A DNA stretch of 18,853 nt from Candidatus Heimdallarchaeota archaeon. GTDB lineage: Archaea > Asgardarchaeota > Heimdallarchaeia > Heimdallarchaeales > Kariarchaeaceae. The notes beneath the pieces were generated by a model. That model was not told the origin of the DNA. It saw only the letters and a program-made list of their open reading frames with translations, and searched no databases. The stretch is taken from assembly GCA_015523565.1 (NCBI GenBank), contig WAKA01000001.1:1-18853 (forward strand), given 5' to 3'. Made by a program: the position numbers and the translations under genes. Shown here piece by piece: positions 7,476-15,143 of the stretch (position 1 is the stretch's first letter; each line of letters starts with the position of its first letter).

Positions 7476-8672
7476 ATGACTGAACAAAGTCGTCTTGAAA
7501 TTCTTGATTTCAAATTGTATGTTTCTTGTTTTTACAAAAACAATTCTGATTTCAATGGTATTTTTGATTTGTTAAAAAGTAAAATCATAGAGAAAACAAA
7601 ATACAAAAAACCAAAAATTTCATTGAAGAAACTTGGTGACTTTAAATACAAGAAATATGATACATTGGGCGTTTTAGAAATTGCCATTGGTTCAGTAGAT
7701 ACGGAACAAGAACCAAAACCAAAGGATCCCTTTAGACTTAGTCAATTGGTAAAGGGGACATTAATGGCATTTAATGAGAATAAATCCTATTTGATCTATT
7801 TTGATGATCTCAATTTACATCCTTATGCCTATATTCATGCTTCAAGACTTCATCCCCATGAAAGAATTGAATGGACTCCTGAAATGATTGACAGATACAA
7901 AAAAGTTCTTGGACCGTGGATAGAGTATTATAGTGGTCAATGGGAAGATTATTCTGAAGAGCTTTATAATGAACGAGTAAGTCATAATCTATCAAACAGG
8001 CTGTCAGAGCTTCATTATATTAGATCAAATTCTTGCTTTGTTTTCCTGCCCACATATAGTTCCAGATGGAAGGAATTCATGGGTTACATGAAAGATAACT
8101 TCCTTATGCCAATCCTTCTTTCTAGAGGGATTCTGTTTTCCCTGCTCAAAATAAATGATGAATTGGATCAATTAGCCGTACGTTTGAGGGACATGGATGA
8201 AAATGCATCTTTGAAAATGGTTGAGGGAGACCTGAAAAAAATAGATGATATGTACCTGTCCATTATGGAAATAAGCACACGACTTGAAAGGGAGAAGTTG
8301 ATGAATCGGTTGCATCATGGCACAAAGGTGATTAGGGAATGTTTCAGGGTTTTTTCATTGGAAGATGCACATTCTGTAATTTCAAATAAGGCTGAGAGAT
8401 TACATAACTCATTGCAGTCATTGCAGGAAAAAGTCAAGCTAAAGGTACAGAATCAACAGAAAAAATGGGTGCTAATTCTTAATGCACTAATTGGTTCTCA
8501 AGTGTTGTTCACAATCAGGGACAATCTCAACCAATTGGCATTCATAAAGGATAATCATCTTGAGAGTTTTGTGAGCCTTACTGTTTGGATATTATTCGTC
8601 ATATTATTGGTCATTAGTGTTGGAGGACTTGCATTCAATTACTTAAAACAAAAAACTGAGTTCTTGCGATAA
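7476..8672 (+). CDS. Membrane protein with CorA/RMD1(DUF155)-like architecture, lacking the GMN motif
   Basis: A soluble alpha/beta N-domain, then long amphipathic helices, then two C-terminal hydrophobic segments. ATG 7476 is preferred over TTG 7380, which would overlap the upstream gene by 47 nt. Confidence 0.55.
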   Translation: MTEQSRLEILDFKLYVSCFYKNNSDFNGIFDLLKSKIIEKTKYKKPKISLKKLGDFKYKKYDTLGVLEIAIGSVDTEQEPKPKDPFRLSQLVKGTLMAFNENKSYLIYFDDLNLHPYAYIHASRLHPHERIEWTPEMIDRYKKVLGPWIEYYSGQWEDYSEELYNERVSHNLSNRLSELHYIRSNSCFVFLPTYSSRWKEFMGYMKDNFLMPILLSRGILFSLLKINDELDQLAVRLRDMDENASLKMVEGDLKKIDDMYLSIMEISTRLEREKLMNRLHHGTKVIRECFRVFSLEDAHSVISNKAERLHNSLQSLQEKVKLKVQNQQKKWVLILNALIGSQVLFTIRDNLNQLAFIKDNHLESFVSLTVWILFVILLVISVGGLAFNYLKQKTEFLR

Positions 8673-8729
8673 AATTGGGTTCAAAATATTTATGACTTTA
8701 GGATGTAATTAGTTATTTGAGGAATAATT

Positions 8730-8975
8730 TTGGAAAATAATTTTGATGAGTTGTTTGATGCATACAAACGTAAGAAATTCAAGAAAAAGCAAGGGAAAAT
8801 CCAATGGAAAAATGTACAAGGAGATTTGAATTATCAACTATGTGAGATCTGTAAACAAATCATGCAACCCGACGATTTAGTTGAGCAATGTCCTCATTGT
8901 GGTAGGTATTTCCACCAAAAACATATTCGAGAATGGCTAAAAATCAAGGCAAAATGTCCTGTTTGCAAAGAATGA
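8730..8975 (+). CDS. Small RING-finger protein (putative E3 ubiquitin-ligase-like)
   Basis: 'CEIC...CPHC...FHQKHIREWLKIKAKCPVC' gives a RING-type Cys/His array with the conserved Trp and terminal CPxC. A GAGGA SD precedes the TTG start. Confidence 0.85.
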   Translation: MENNFDELFDAYKRKKFKKKQGKIQWKNVQGDLNYQLCEICKQIMQPDDLVEQCPHCGRYFHQKHIREWLKIKAKCPVCKE

Positions 8976-9005
8976 AAAAAGGCAAAGTGACTTACATCCG
9001 AATGG

Positions 9006-9021
9006 GAAAATTATTTATATT
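9006..9021 (+). promoter_or_regulatory. Putative BRE/TATA promoter of the DinB gene
   Basis: GAAAA-tta-TTTATAT. The TATA box at 9014 is 27 nt before ATG 9041. Confidence 0.55.
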
Positions 9022-9040
9022 GTCATGGCTTTGCAGGCTT

Positions 9041-9538
9041 ATGAAAGAAAAATTAAAGACACAGGCTGTTCAGTCTTTTGAAAATCTGATCAAATATTAT
9101 CATGTAATTATGGATGACTTTCCTGAGGACAAACTAGAGGAGAGACTTGGCAATGCACTTAGTCCCTTGGAATTGCTTCAGCATGTTGGAGGCACTCCAG
9201 GTTGGTGGATGAAACGAAGAGGAACAAGATTTGACTTCAGTTCCTCAATAAAATCAAGGGATCATTTTTTTGAAGTCCTTAACATGCAATTGAATGCTTT
9301 CAAAACCATGCTAGAGGACCCAAAAGAATTGTATTGGAAATCAAAAGATGAAAGCAAACCCCAATTGTCAATTCCTTGGATAATGATCAGAAGCTACTAT
9401 CATGCTATCCATCATGGTGCAATGCTTATCCATTACAGGCATATTTATGGACTTCCTCCATTGAATTTTGGAGATGACCTTGACTGGGGAATGCTTGTTG
9501 ACCTTCCTGGTGACTTGTTTTATTCCGACCTTCAATAA
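9041..9538 (+). CDS. DinB/YfiT family metal-binding protein
   Basis: 'LLQHVGG' plus 'YHAIHHGAML...GLPP' gives the DinB three-His pattern. Start moved from 8933 to 9041 based on promoter geometry and removal of the overlap with the RING gene. Confidence 0.85.
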   Translation: MKEKLKTQAVQSFENLIKYYHVIMDDFPEDKLEERLGNALSPLELLQHVGGTPGWWMKRRGTRFDFSSSIKSRDHFFEVLNMQLNAFKTMLEDPKELYWKSKDESKPQLSIPWIMIRSYYHAIHHGAMLIHYRHIYGLPPLNFGDDLDWGMLVDLPGDLFYSDLQ

Positions 9539-10365
9539 ATTTCAACCCTGAATTCAGCAGAATTTTTCAATTGGTATTCATGTGGATATATTGTGCCCCT
9601 GTCATGTTTGACCATATAATGAAAAATCCGGAAATTGAGTGCATTATTTTCAAGTGGGCTATATTCCAACAAAATCGAGCTGAGAAGTTTTTCTGTCCTC
9701 ATGGAAAAGAGCAATGTTGGGAGTGCAAACTGATGGATACTGAAAGATTCTCGAGGTTTGTCCCGATAAAATTTAGCCTCGATTGAAATTACATTGTAAC
9801 TTGATTCAATGGAATTGTCCACTTCCAATTGACATTTTTCAATTGGAACCTTTTCAACCCTGTGCCTCTCTTTTTCATTAATGATTAAGTTACCATTGAC
9901 TGACGTCTTTACCCTTCCCAAAAGTGTAAATTCGTCTTGGGTTTCAAAGAAAGTCTGCAACAATCGCAATTCCTTTACCAAAACAATTCCAGTTTCCTCA
10001 TTGTGCAAATCAAAATGTTTCAGCAACCTTAAATTTGCAGGCCATTTGATTTTCAAGTCTTCTTGGCATTTCGGTTTAGGTAATATGGGAAATAACGTTG
10101 GAAGATTAAATTTTTCTTTTTTAATGAGAATGCATCCACCAGAAAGATTTCTGAAATGTTCCAATCCATATTGGACAAATATTTGTGGAATGTCGTCCCT
10201 TGAATAGGTAGGTATCATTTTTCGTGGTTGCAGTCCTTCGAGTTTAAAATCCTTTGAAGTGAGCTGAAAACAGATTTTTGAGGAATCATCAAGCCAATCC
10301 TGTATTTTTTGAGAGAGAGAACTGGAAAGCAATAATTTCCTCCAATTCTCGTCCCTCTTATTCAT
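9532..10365 (-). CDS. PD-(D/E)xK nuclease, type II restriction-enzyme-like (resembles DUF6996/DUF6997 proteins)
   Basis: 'QLEVDNSIES...ISIEAK...FSIHQFALP' matches the QxExD...IEAK...FxIxQxxxP pattern as I recall it. The N-terminal 'QPRKM...IPQIF' also fits. Confidence 0.65.
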   Translation of the reverse strand: MNKRDENWRKLLLSSSLSQKIQDWLDDSSKICFQLTSKDFKLEGLQPRKMIPTYSRDDIPQIFVQYGLEHFRNLSGGCILIKKEKFNLPTLFPILPKPKCQEDLKIKWPANLRLLKHFDLHNEETGIVLVKELRLLQTFFETQDEFTLLGRVKTSVNGNLIINEKERHRVEKVPIEKCQLEVDNSIESSYNVISIEAKFYRDKPRESFSIHQFALPTLLFSMRTEKLLSSILLEYSPLENNALNFRIFHYMVKHDRGTIYPHEYQLKNSAEFRVEIY

Positions 10366-10440
10366 TGTTCACTTCAGGCATACATTACTAATAAGAGATC
10401 CGCTAAGTCAATCAAAAAATGCTTTTATTTTCTGAAGTTG

Positions 10441-10452
10441 TTATTTAAATAA
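10441..10452. promoter_or_regulatory. Palindromic TATA element between divergent genes
   Basis: TTATTTAAATAA is a perfect palindrome. TTTAAATA begins 29 nt before GTG 10473. Confidence 0.5.
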
Positions 10453-10472
10453 TTAAATCCAGATATAAATTT

Positions 10473-11099
10473 GTGGAAATAGGGCTTGTATTTAAGATTT
10501 TCATAATTCCATTAGTCGGTTTAATTCTGCCTATGTCTAGTTTTTTGATGAGAATTAGGGGAATATACCTAACAAGACATCAATTCTTGAAATTTGTATT
10601 CCTTTTTCTTGCTATTTTTCTAGGAACTTTCATATTGCTTACATTTCTGTCAGGAGGAATTGCCAAGTTCTTTTTTTTGGAAAAGGGGCTATTCATTGAT
10701 GATTATGAAATACGGTGGCATATAACGAACCAATGGGCAATTATTATTCTTTTATATCCTGGAACAACATTTTTTGTACTTTCATTGATAATGGGAATTA
10801 GTTATTCAATTTATCTGACTTTTCCAGCGGCTTGTAAAATCCCAAATAGTGAAAAATCATCTGGTGATGACCAATTAACAAAAATTTCAAATGCAGGCTC
10901 TTCAATGGGCGCCTTCTTTTCTGCTTCGGCAAGTATTGTTTCCTGTTGTAGTCCTAGTCTTGTCGCATTGATCAGTCCTTTTTTCTCATCGCTATTGGGG
11001 AGTTTCATTCCTCAATTATTGATTTTTTCATTGGTTATGGTCAATTACTCATATTTCAAGATTGCATTTCCAAAATTGCAAAAAACAGTACATATTTAG
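10473..11099 (+). CDS. Hypothetical membrane protein with a vicinal Cys pair (possible metal or thiol binding)
   Basis: About 5 hydrophobic segments, with 'AACKIP' and 'ASIVSCCSP' motifs. Confidence 0.7.
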   Translation: MEIGLVFKIFIIPLVGLILPMSSFLMRIRGIYLTRHQFLKFVFLFLAIFLGTFILLTFLSGGIAKFFFLEKGLFIDDYEIRWHITNQWAIIILLYPGTTFFVLSLIMGISYSIYLTFPAACKIPNSEKSSGDDQLTKISNAGSSMGAFFSASASIVSCCSPSLVALISPFFSSLLGSFIPQLLIFSLVMVNYSYFKIAFPKLQKTVHI

Positions 11100-11276
11100 T
11101 CTGTAATTGAAGTTTAATCATTATTTTATTTGGAAATCTTTGATTTTTGTTCAACTTTTTCAAAGAATTTTTTCAGAAAACTACTAAGATTTCAGATTTT
11201 AAACAAATGCCATTGCATTACTTATTCAGATAAAAATATGTTGAGAGGACGACCGAATCCTTTAAGATTGTAAAAA

Positions 11277-13559
11277 ATGATTATCGAGCATCGAAAGAGA
11301 ATGAGCGACGATAAGACACCGAACATTTCCATAATTGCCATGGGGAAAGCCCAAAATCCAATTGTGGAAATACTTAAGGATATTGAAGGAATAAATCTCA
11401 ATATTATCTGCTCAAATTTATTGGATTTTGAATTGGAAAGTGTGGAAGGCAATCCAATTCGTATCTTTCCTTGGGAATTGGTTTCCATATTAATGCAAAC
11501 CGCAAATGATATAGACACAGCTTTTCCGGTTCCTGCAAAGATCAAACAAGACTTGAATTTCAATGGGAATTTTGAAGTCACTGAGGATCAAGCAAAAATT
11601 TTGTACAATATTAACCAAATAGAATCCGTATCAAAGAATTTGATAAATGCTTATGATATTTTGGAAGGACAGATTGGTAAGGATAATATCCATATATTTC
11701 CTTTGGCAGAAACAAATCCCAACCTTCTTGCCATTAAACAAAAAAAATGGTCTCCATTACGTTATTATCAAGAGACTGGACAATTGATGTTTGATATCTC
11801 AAAACTTAATGAAGATTTAAAGAAACGAAAAAGCTCCAAGAATTTGGAAATTTATGGATTGGACAAATTGGAGAACATTAAGGTAAATGACAACATCAAG
11901 AATATTATAGAAAATTCCAATCTCATAATTTTTTCCGCAAGTGATTTGGTAAGTTTTGAAATTTTCCTCAGGGCAAAGCAGATAGTTGGTCAAATCAGAA
12001 AAATTGCACCGTTGAACAAGTCTGTTGTGATTTGGGATCCAAATTTCATGAACAATCAGACTGAAAGGGACAAGGAAATCTCAAAGATTTTGGGATTTGA
12101 TGATATTGAGAAGATAGATCGACAACTTGCTGATTTGAGTGATTATGTCCTATTGAACAAGGATGCAACGGAAGAGGAAGTTAAGCGGTTGTTTGATGCC
12201 GATGTCAAGGTTATTAAAGAACAAATTCCGTCAACATTTGAAGAGGTATCCGAAATGAAGGATTCCTTTGACGGACTGAAAGAATCAATCTTCACGATTG
12301 CCAACATAAGTCAAAACTTTGTAAAGGAAAAATCTGAGCCAATTGTCTCCAGTGAACCAAAAACAACAATTTCCATTGATGAAATAAGGGAAGAATTGGA
12401 AGAAATTCATGAGATAGAACCAAAAACAACAAATGGTCAAAAGAAAAAAGAAATTCAAGAGGAGAAAGAAGAACCAATCGATAAGGAAACCAAACAGAAA
12501 GAAATGAAATCAGAAGTAGATGAAAAGGTTCCAAAAGAGGAAACAAAACAAGAAAAAGAAATTGTCAAGGAAGAAAAGGAGGAATATCAACCATCTGATG
12601 ACTTATCATTTGAAGAGGCTGTTCAAATGGCATTGTATGATATAATTCACCATAGAAATGAGAAAGCACAATCGTGGTTACAAAACCTTTGTGAAAAGGA
12701 TTCTGACCAGGAAGTTGTTATTGCAACAATTCTTGTGAACAAGATTATAGAGACAGAAAATCTCGACAGGAAAAGAGACTTGATTAGTGTTTTAAATCTA
12801 TTATATCTTAATTATAAACAAAGCTATGAGCAAATATTCACTCAAAAATTATTGGTCGCAATCAAGAATTTGGAAGAAGATTACCTGCAAAAGATTGTTG
12901 TTACATTTCAATGGTTGAAAGACCAAAATATTGAACTTTGCGAAAAAATCATCAAAAACATCCTCCAACCAATTTCGACACCGCATGAGGATAATCCTGT
13001 CATTACGGAAATAGGAAAGGTCATTCTTCTTCAATTGGTATTCGGTTCCAAAAGACTTTCAAGGATAGCCATTAGCGGATTGCTTCATATTTTGGATGTA
13101 CGTGGCGATCCATCCCCAGAAGTATGGAATATCTTGACAGCATTCAATGCAGCCATGGTGGGGATTGAGCTTATCATTAACTTTTCAATTGAAAGAGCTG
13201 AGGAATTGATCAGGAGATCTGCATTATTGAGATATACTGGATCATTCATAACAACAATCAACAAAATCATGGTTTATTGGAAAGAAGGAAACAACAACGC
13301 AATTGCAACCATGACAGGAAGTGTTCTTCCTCCCCCTATGGTTAGAAAGTTGGAAAGAATTGATTTGGCAAGAAAGATCAAGAAACTTAGAGTTGTGCCA
13401 TTGAGAACATTGGCGGAAACATTGAATATAGATCCTAAAAAACTTGAAGTGATGATCGCCGAACTTGTCATGAAAGATGATTTGGATATCAAAATGGAAG
13501 TTTTGGACAATAGAATGGTAATCGTGTATAATGGACCAGAAAATAATGGTGAGAATTAG
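11277..13559 (+). CDS. Multidomain protein: degenerate CofD/YvcK-like N-domain, charged linker, helical repeats, C-terminal PCI-like winged helix
   Basis: 'NLNIICSNLLDFE...IRIFP' and 'IKNIIENSNLIIFSASDLVSFEIFL' parallel CofD segments. An E/K-rich linker spans ~12330-12600. 'VPLRTLAETLNIDPKKLEVMIAELV...IKMEVLDNRMVIVY' resembles a PCI winged helix. Alternative start at 11301. Confidence 0.6.
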   Translation: MIIEHRKRMSDDKTPNISIIAMGKAQNPIVEILKDIEGINLNIICSNLLDFELESVEGNPIRIFPWELVSILMQTANDIDTAFPVPAKIKQDLNFNGNFEVTEDQAKILYNINQIESVSKNLINAYDILEGQIGKDNIHIFPLAETNPNLLAIKQKKWSPLRYYQETGQLMFDISKLNEDLKKRKSSKNLEIYGLDKLENIKVNDNIKNIIENSNLIIFSASDLVSFEIFLRAKQIVGQIRKIAPLNKSVVIWDPNFMNNQTERDKEISKILGFDDIEKIDRQLADLSDYVLLNKDATEEEVKRLFDADVKVIKEQIPSTFEEVSEMKDSFDGLKESIFTIANISQNFVKEKSEPIVSSEPKTTISIDEIREELEEIHEIEPKTTNGQKKKEIQEEKEEPIDKETKQKEMKSEVDEKVPKEETKQEKEIVKEEKEEYQPSDDLSFEEAVQMALYDIIHHRNEKAQSWLQNLCEKDSDQEVVIATILVNKIIETENLDRKRDLISVLNLLYLNYKQSYEQIFTQKLLVAIKNLEEDYLQKIVVTFQWLKDQNIELCEKIIKNILQPISTPHEDNPVITEIGKVILLQLVFGSKRLSRIAISGLLHILDVRGDPSPEVWNILTAFNAAMVGIELIINFSIERAEELIRRSALLRYTGSFITTINKIMVYWKEGNNNAIATMTGSVLPPPMVRKLERIDLARKIKKLRVVPLRTLAETLNIDPKKLEVMIAELVMKDDLDIKMEVLDNRMVIVYNGPENNGEN
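12354..12432 (+). repeat. 16-bp direct repeat (EPKTT x2) in the charged linker
   Basis: GAACCAAAAACAACAA at 12354-12369 and 12417-12432, in frame and 63 nt apart. Confidence 0.7.
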
Positions 13560-13993
13560 CGACCGATTTCTGCGCTTGGTGAGAATTTACTTGGAAACAA
13601 TTCGCGAAAGTTTATTGTTGCAACTTCATTATTTCCATTTACAAGATAGATGACAATGTCATCGTCAACAAATTCAGAAATTACCTGCCTGCAAACGCCG
13701 CAAGGAGTACAGAAATTTTCATCATCAACAGCCACAACGATTGACTTAAGATTTCTGTGTCCTTCAGATACAGCCTTGAATATGGCTGTTCTTTCTGCAC
13801 AGACAGTTGGCGAAAAAGAAATGTTTTCTATATTGCATCCTGAATAAATTTTATTGTTGTCAGTAAGTGCCGCTGCACCCACCCTGAATTTTGAATATGG
13901 ACAATATGAGTGAACCTTTGAATTTATGGCAACTTGTATCATTTTCTTCATCATGGAATTAAGTTGTGAAGATTCAATTTTTTTTAATTTCAT
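13556..13993 (-). CDS. cdd: Cytidine deaminase (homotetrameric type)
   Basis: 'YCPYSKFRVGAA', 'GCNIEN', 'CAERTAIFKAVSEG' and 'PCGVCRQVISEF'. Confidence 0.96.
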   Translation of the reverse strand: MKLKKIESSQLNSMMKKMIQVAINSKVHSYCPYSKFRVGAAALTDNNKIYSGCNIENISFSPTVCAERTAIFKAVSEGHRNLKSIVVAVDDENFCTPCGVCRQVISEFVDDDIVIYLVNGNNEVATINFRELFPSKFSPSAEIGR

Positions 13994-14034
13994 GAATTAG
14001 TTCCATAAGAACCATATTTCAATAAGTTTATTGT

Positions 14035-14640
14035 TTAATAATATAATGCATTTTCAACTTCTGAAAAACGAACCATAGTTAAAAAGCTATCATCGCCATG
14101 AAGCTCATTTATTCTTTGCAATTCCCTTTCTGCTTGCATTCCATGGATATTGTAGATGATCAGTCCTCCAGACAAATTTGCATCCAGAATTGCACTTTCC
14201 ACTTTTTGAATTTTAGTGTAAGAGATTGACCTTTTTTCATCAAAGTAAAAGACAGCTAAACTATTGCCATTGTCATATTCAATCAAGATTGGAATCACAA
14301 TGGAATCTGAATTGTTGTAATCAGGATTGGTTTTTAATCCGTGGCTGGGAGTAATTCCAGATAATCTCTCGCAGAATTCAAGGATTTTTCCAAACCGGTT
14401 CGGATTTTTGATCCCAACTCCTTTCGTTCTGAATGTATTTATTCTTTCAGCCCCGTTGTACTTGTCAATTCTTTCTCCGATCTGCTCTTCATACCTTAAG
14501 GGATATGAAAAGATATTTTCATAGTCCCTGGCCAATTCTACGGCATTTGTACTTATTGGATATTTATGAAAAATTTCACTGATTGAAACCAAGGGAATTT
14601 CTTCCCCAGCTTCGCTAAGTAATCCATTCGAACCTAACAT
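14035..14640 (-). CDS. Hypothetical protein with a degenerate Mrr-like restriction-endonuclease fold at the C-terminus
   Basis: 'LAVFYFDEKRSISYTKIQKVESAILDANLSGGLIIYN...AERELQRIN' follows the Mrr-type pattern but has no catalytic (E/Q)xK. A GGGTGGT SD-like element lies just upstream. Confidence 0.55.
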   Translation of the reverse strand: MLGSNGLLSEAGEEIPLVSISEIFHKYPISTNAVELARDYENIFSYPLRYEEQIGERIDKYNGAERINTFRTKGVGIKNPNRFGKILEFCERLSGITPSHGLKTNPDYNNSDSIVIPILIEYDNGNSLAVFYFDEKRSISYTKIQKVESAILDANLSGGLIIYNIHGMQAERELQRINELHGDDSFLTMVRFSEVENALYY

Positions 14641-14678
14641 ATTACCACCCTTTGAGAGTAATCTTTAATCGAGCAACG

Positions 14679-14693
14679 ATTTAAAAACTTCAC
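14679..14693 (-). promoter_or_regulatory. Putative BRE/TATA promoter of the 14640 gene
   Basis: Minus strand GTGAAG-TTTTTAAAT about 40-50 nt upstream of the ATG, with an SD-like element in between. Confidence 0.4.
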
Positions 14694-14780
14694 GTAATTC
14701 CTTTTGAACTTTGATTAATTTTCCAAAATACAGGCATATGTATTTTATACGTAATCCCAATATTTTTATTGGAATTTGCA

Positions 14781-14984
14781 TTAACAAAGAAATTTTTCAG
14801 AATTCTGGGGATAGGATAGCTCATTAGACCGATTTTCAAAGAAACTCATTTGTGGCAAGTAATCAATTTTGGGTTTTCTGATTATGAACTGATCAAAGGA
14901 AAGGGCCTTATAGTTCTCCTTGAAAGTACTGTTGAACACCATTTTTGAATCTCTGAACTCAAGGGTGGAATAATATGTCTCCAT
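14781..14984 (-). CDS. Possible small hypothetical protein (67 aa)
   Basis: ATG-initiated ORF in a ~500-bp gap, co-oriented with its neighbours. No recognisable motif. Confidence 0.3.
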   Translation of the reverse strand: METYYSTLEFRDSKMVFNSTFKENYKALSFDQFIIRKPKIDYLPQMSFFENRSNELSYPQNSEKFLC

Positions 14985-15002
14985 TATTTACAAATCCATC
15001 TG

Positions 15003-15094
15003 TTTCAAATATTAAAAATGCCTGACCAATTTGAAAGTGAACAAAAGTTTGCATATAACCAAACAGAAAAAAGTGTGTCAGGCAACCATTTTTA
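15003..15094. other. Nested inverted-repeat element (candidate structured RNA or operator)
   Basis: TTTCAAAT(15003-10)/ATTTGAAA(15029-36) and TAAAAATGCCTGAC(15013-26)/GTCAGGCA-acca-TTTTTA(15077-94). Confidence 0.4.
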
Positions 15095-15143
15095 GGGTGC
15101 AAGGAGAGACATTATGGCAGTTATGTCCAATTCCATAAAAAAA

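Noticed and set aside
13556-13559. Convergent stop-codon overlap of the CofD-like gene and cdd (also 9532-9538)
   Set aside because: An ordinary feature of compact AT-rich genomes.
13556-13993. Deaminase as an anti-phage or editing effector
   Set aside because: The sequence matches ordinary housekeeping tetrameric cytidine deaminase over its full length, with no extra domains.
15002-15037. 36-nt CRISPR-repeat-like string GTTTCAAA...ATTTGAAAG
   Set aside because: Single copy with no regularly spaced repeats and no cas genes. The partial match near 15788 differs at the 3' end.
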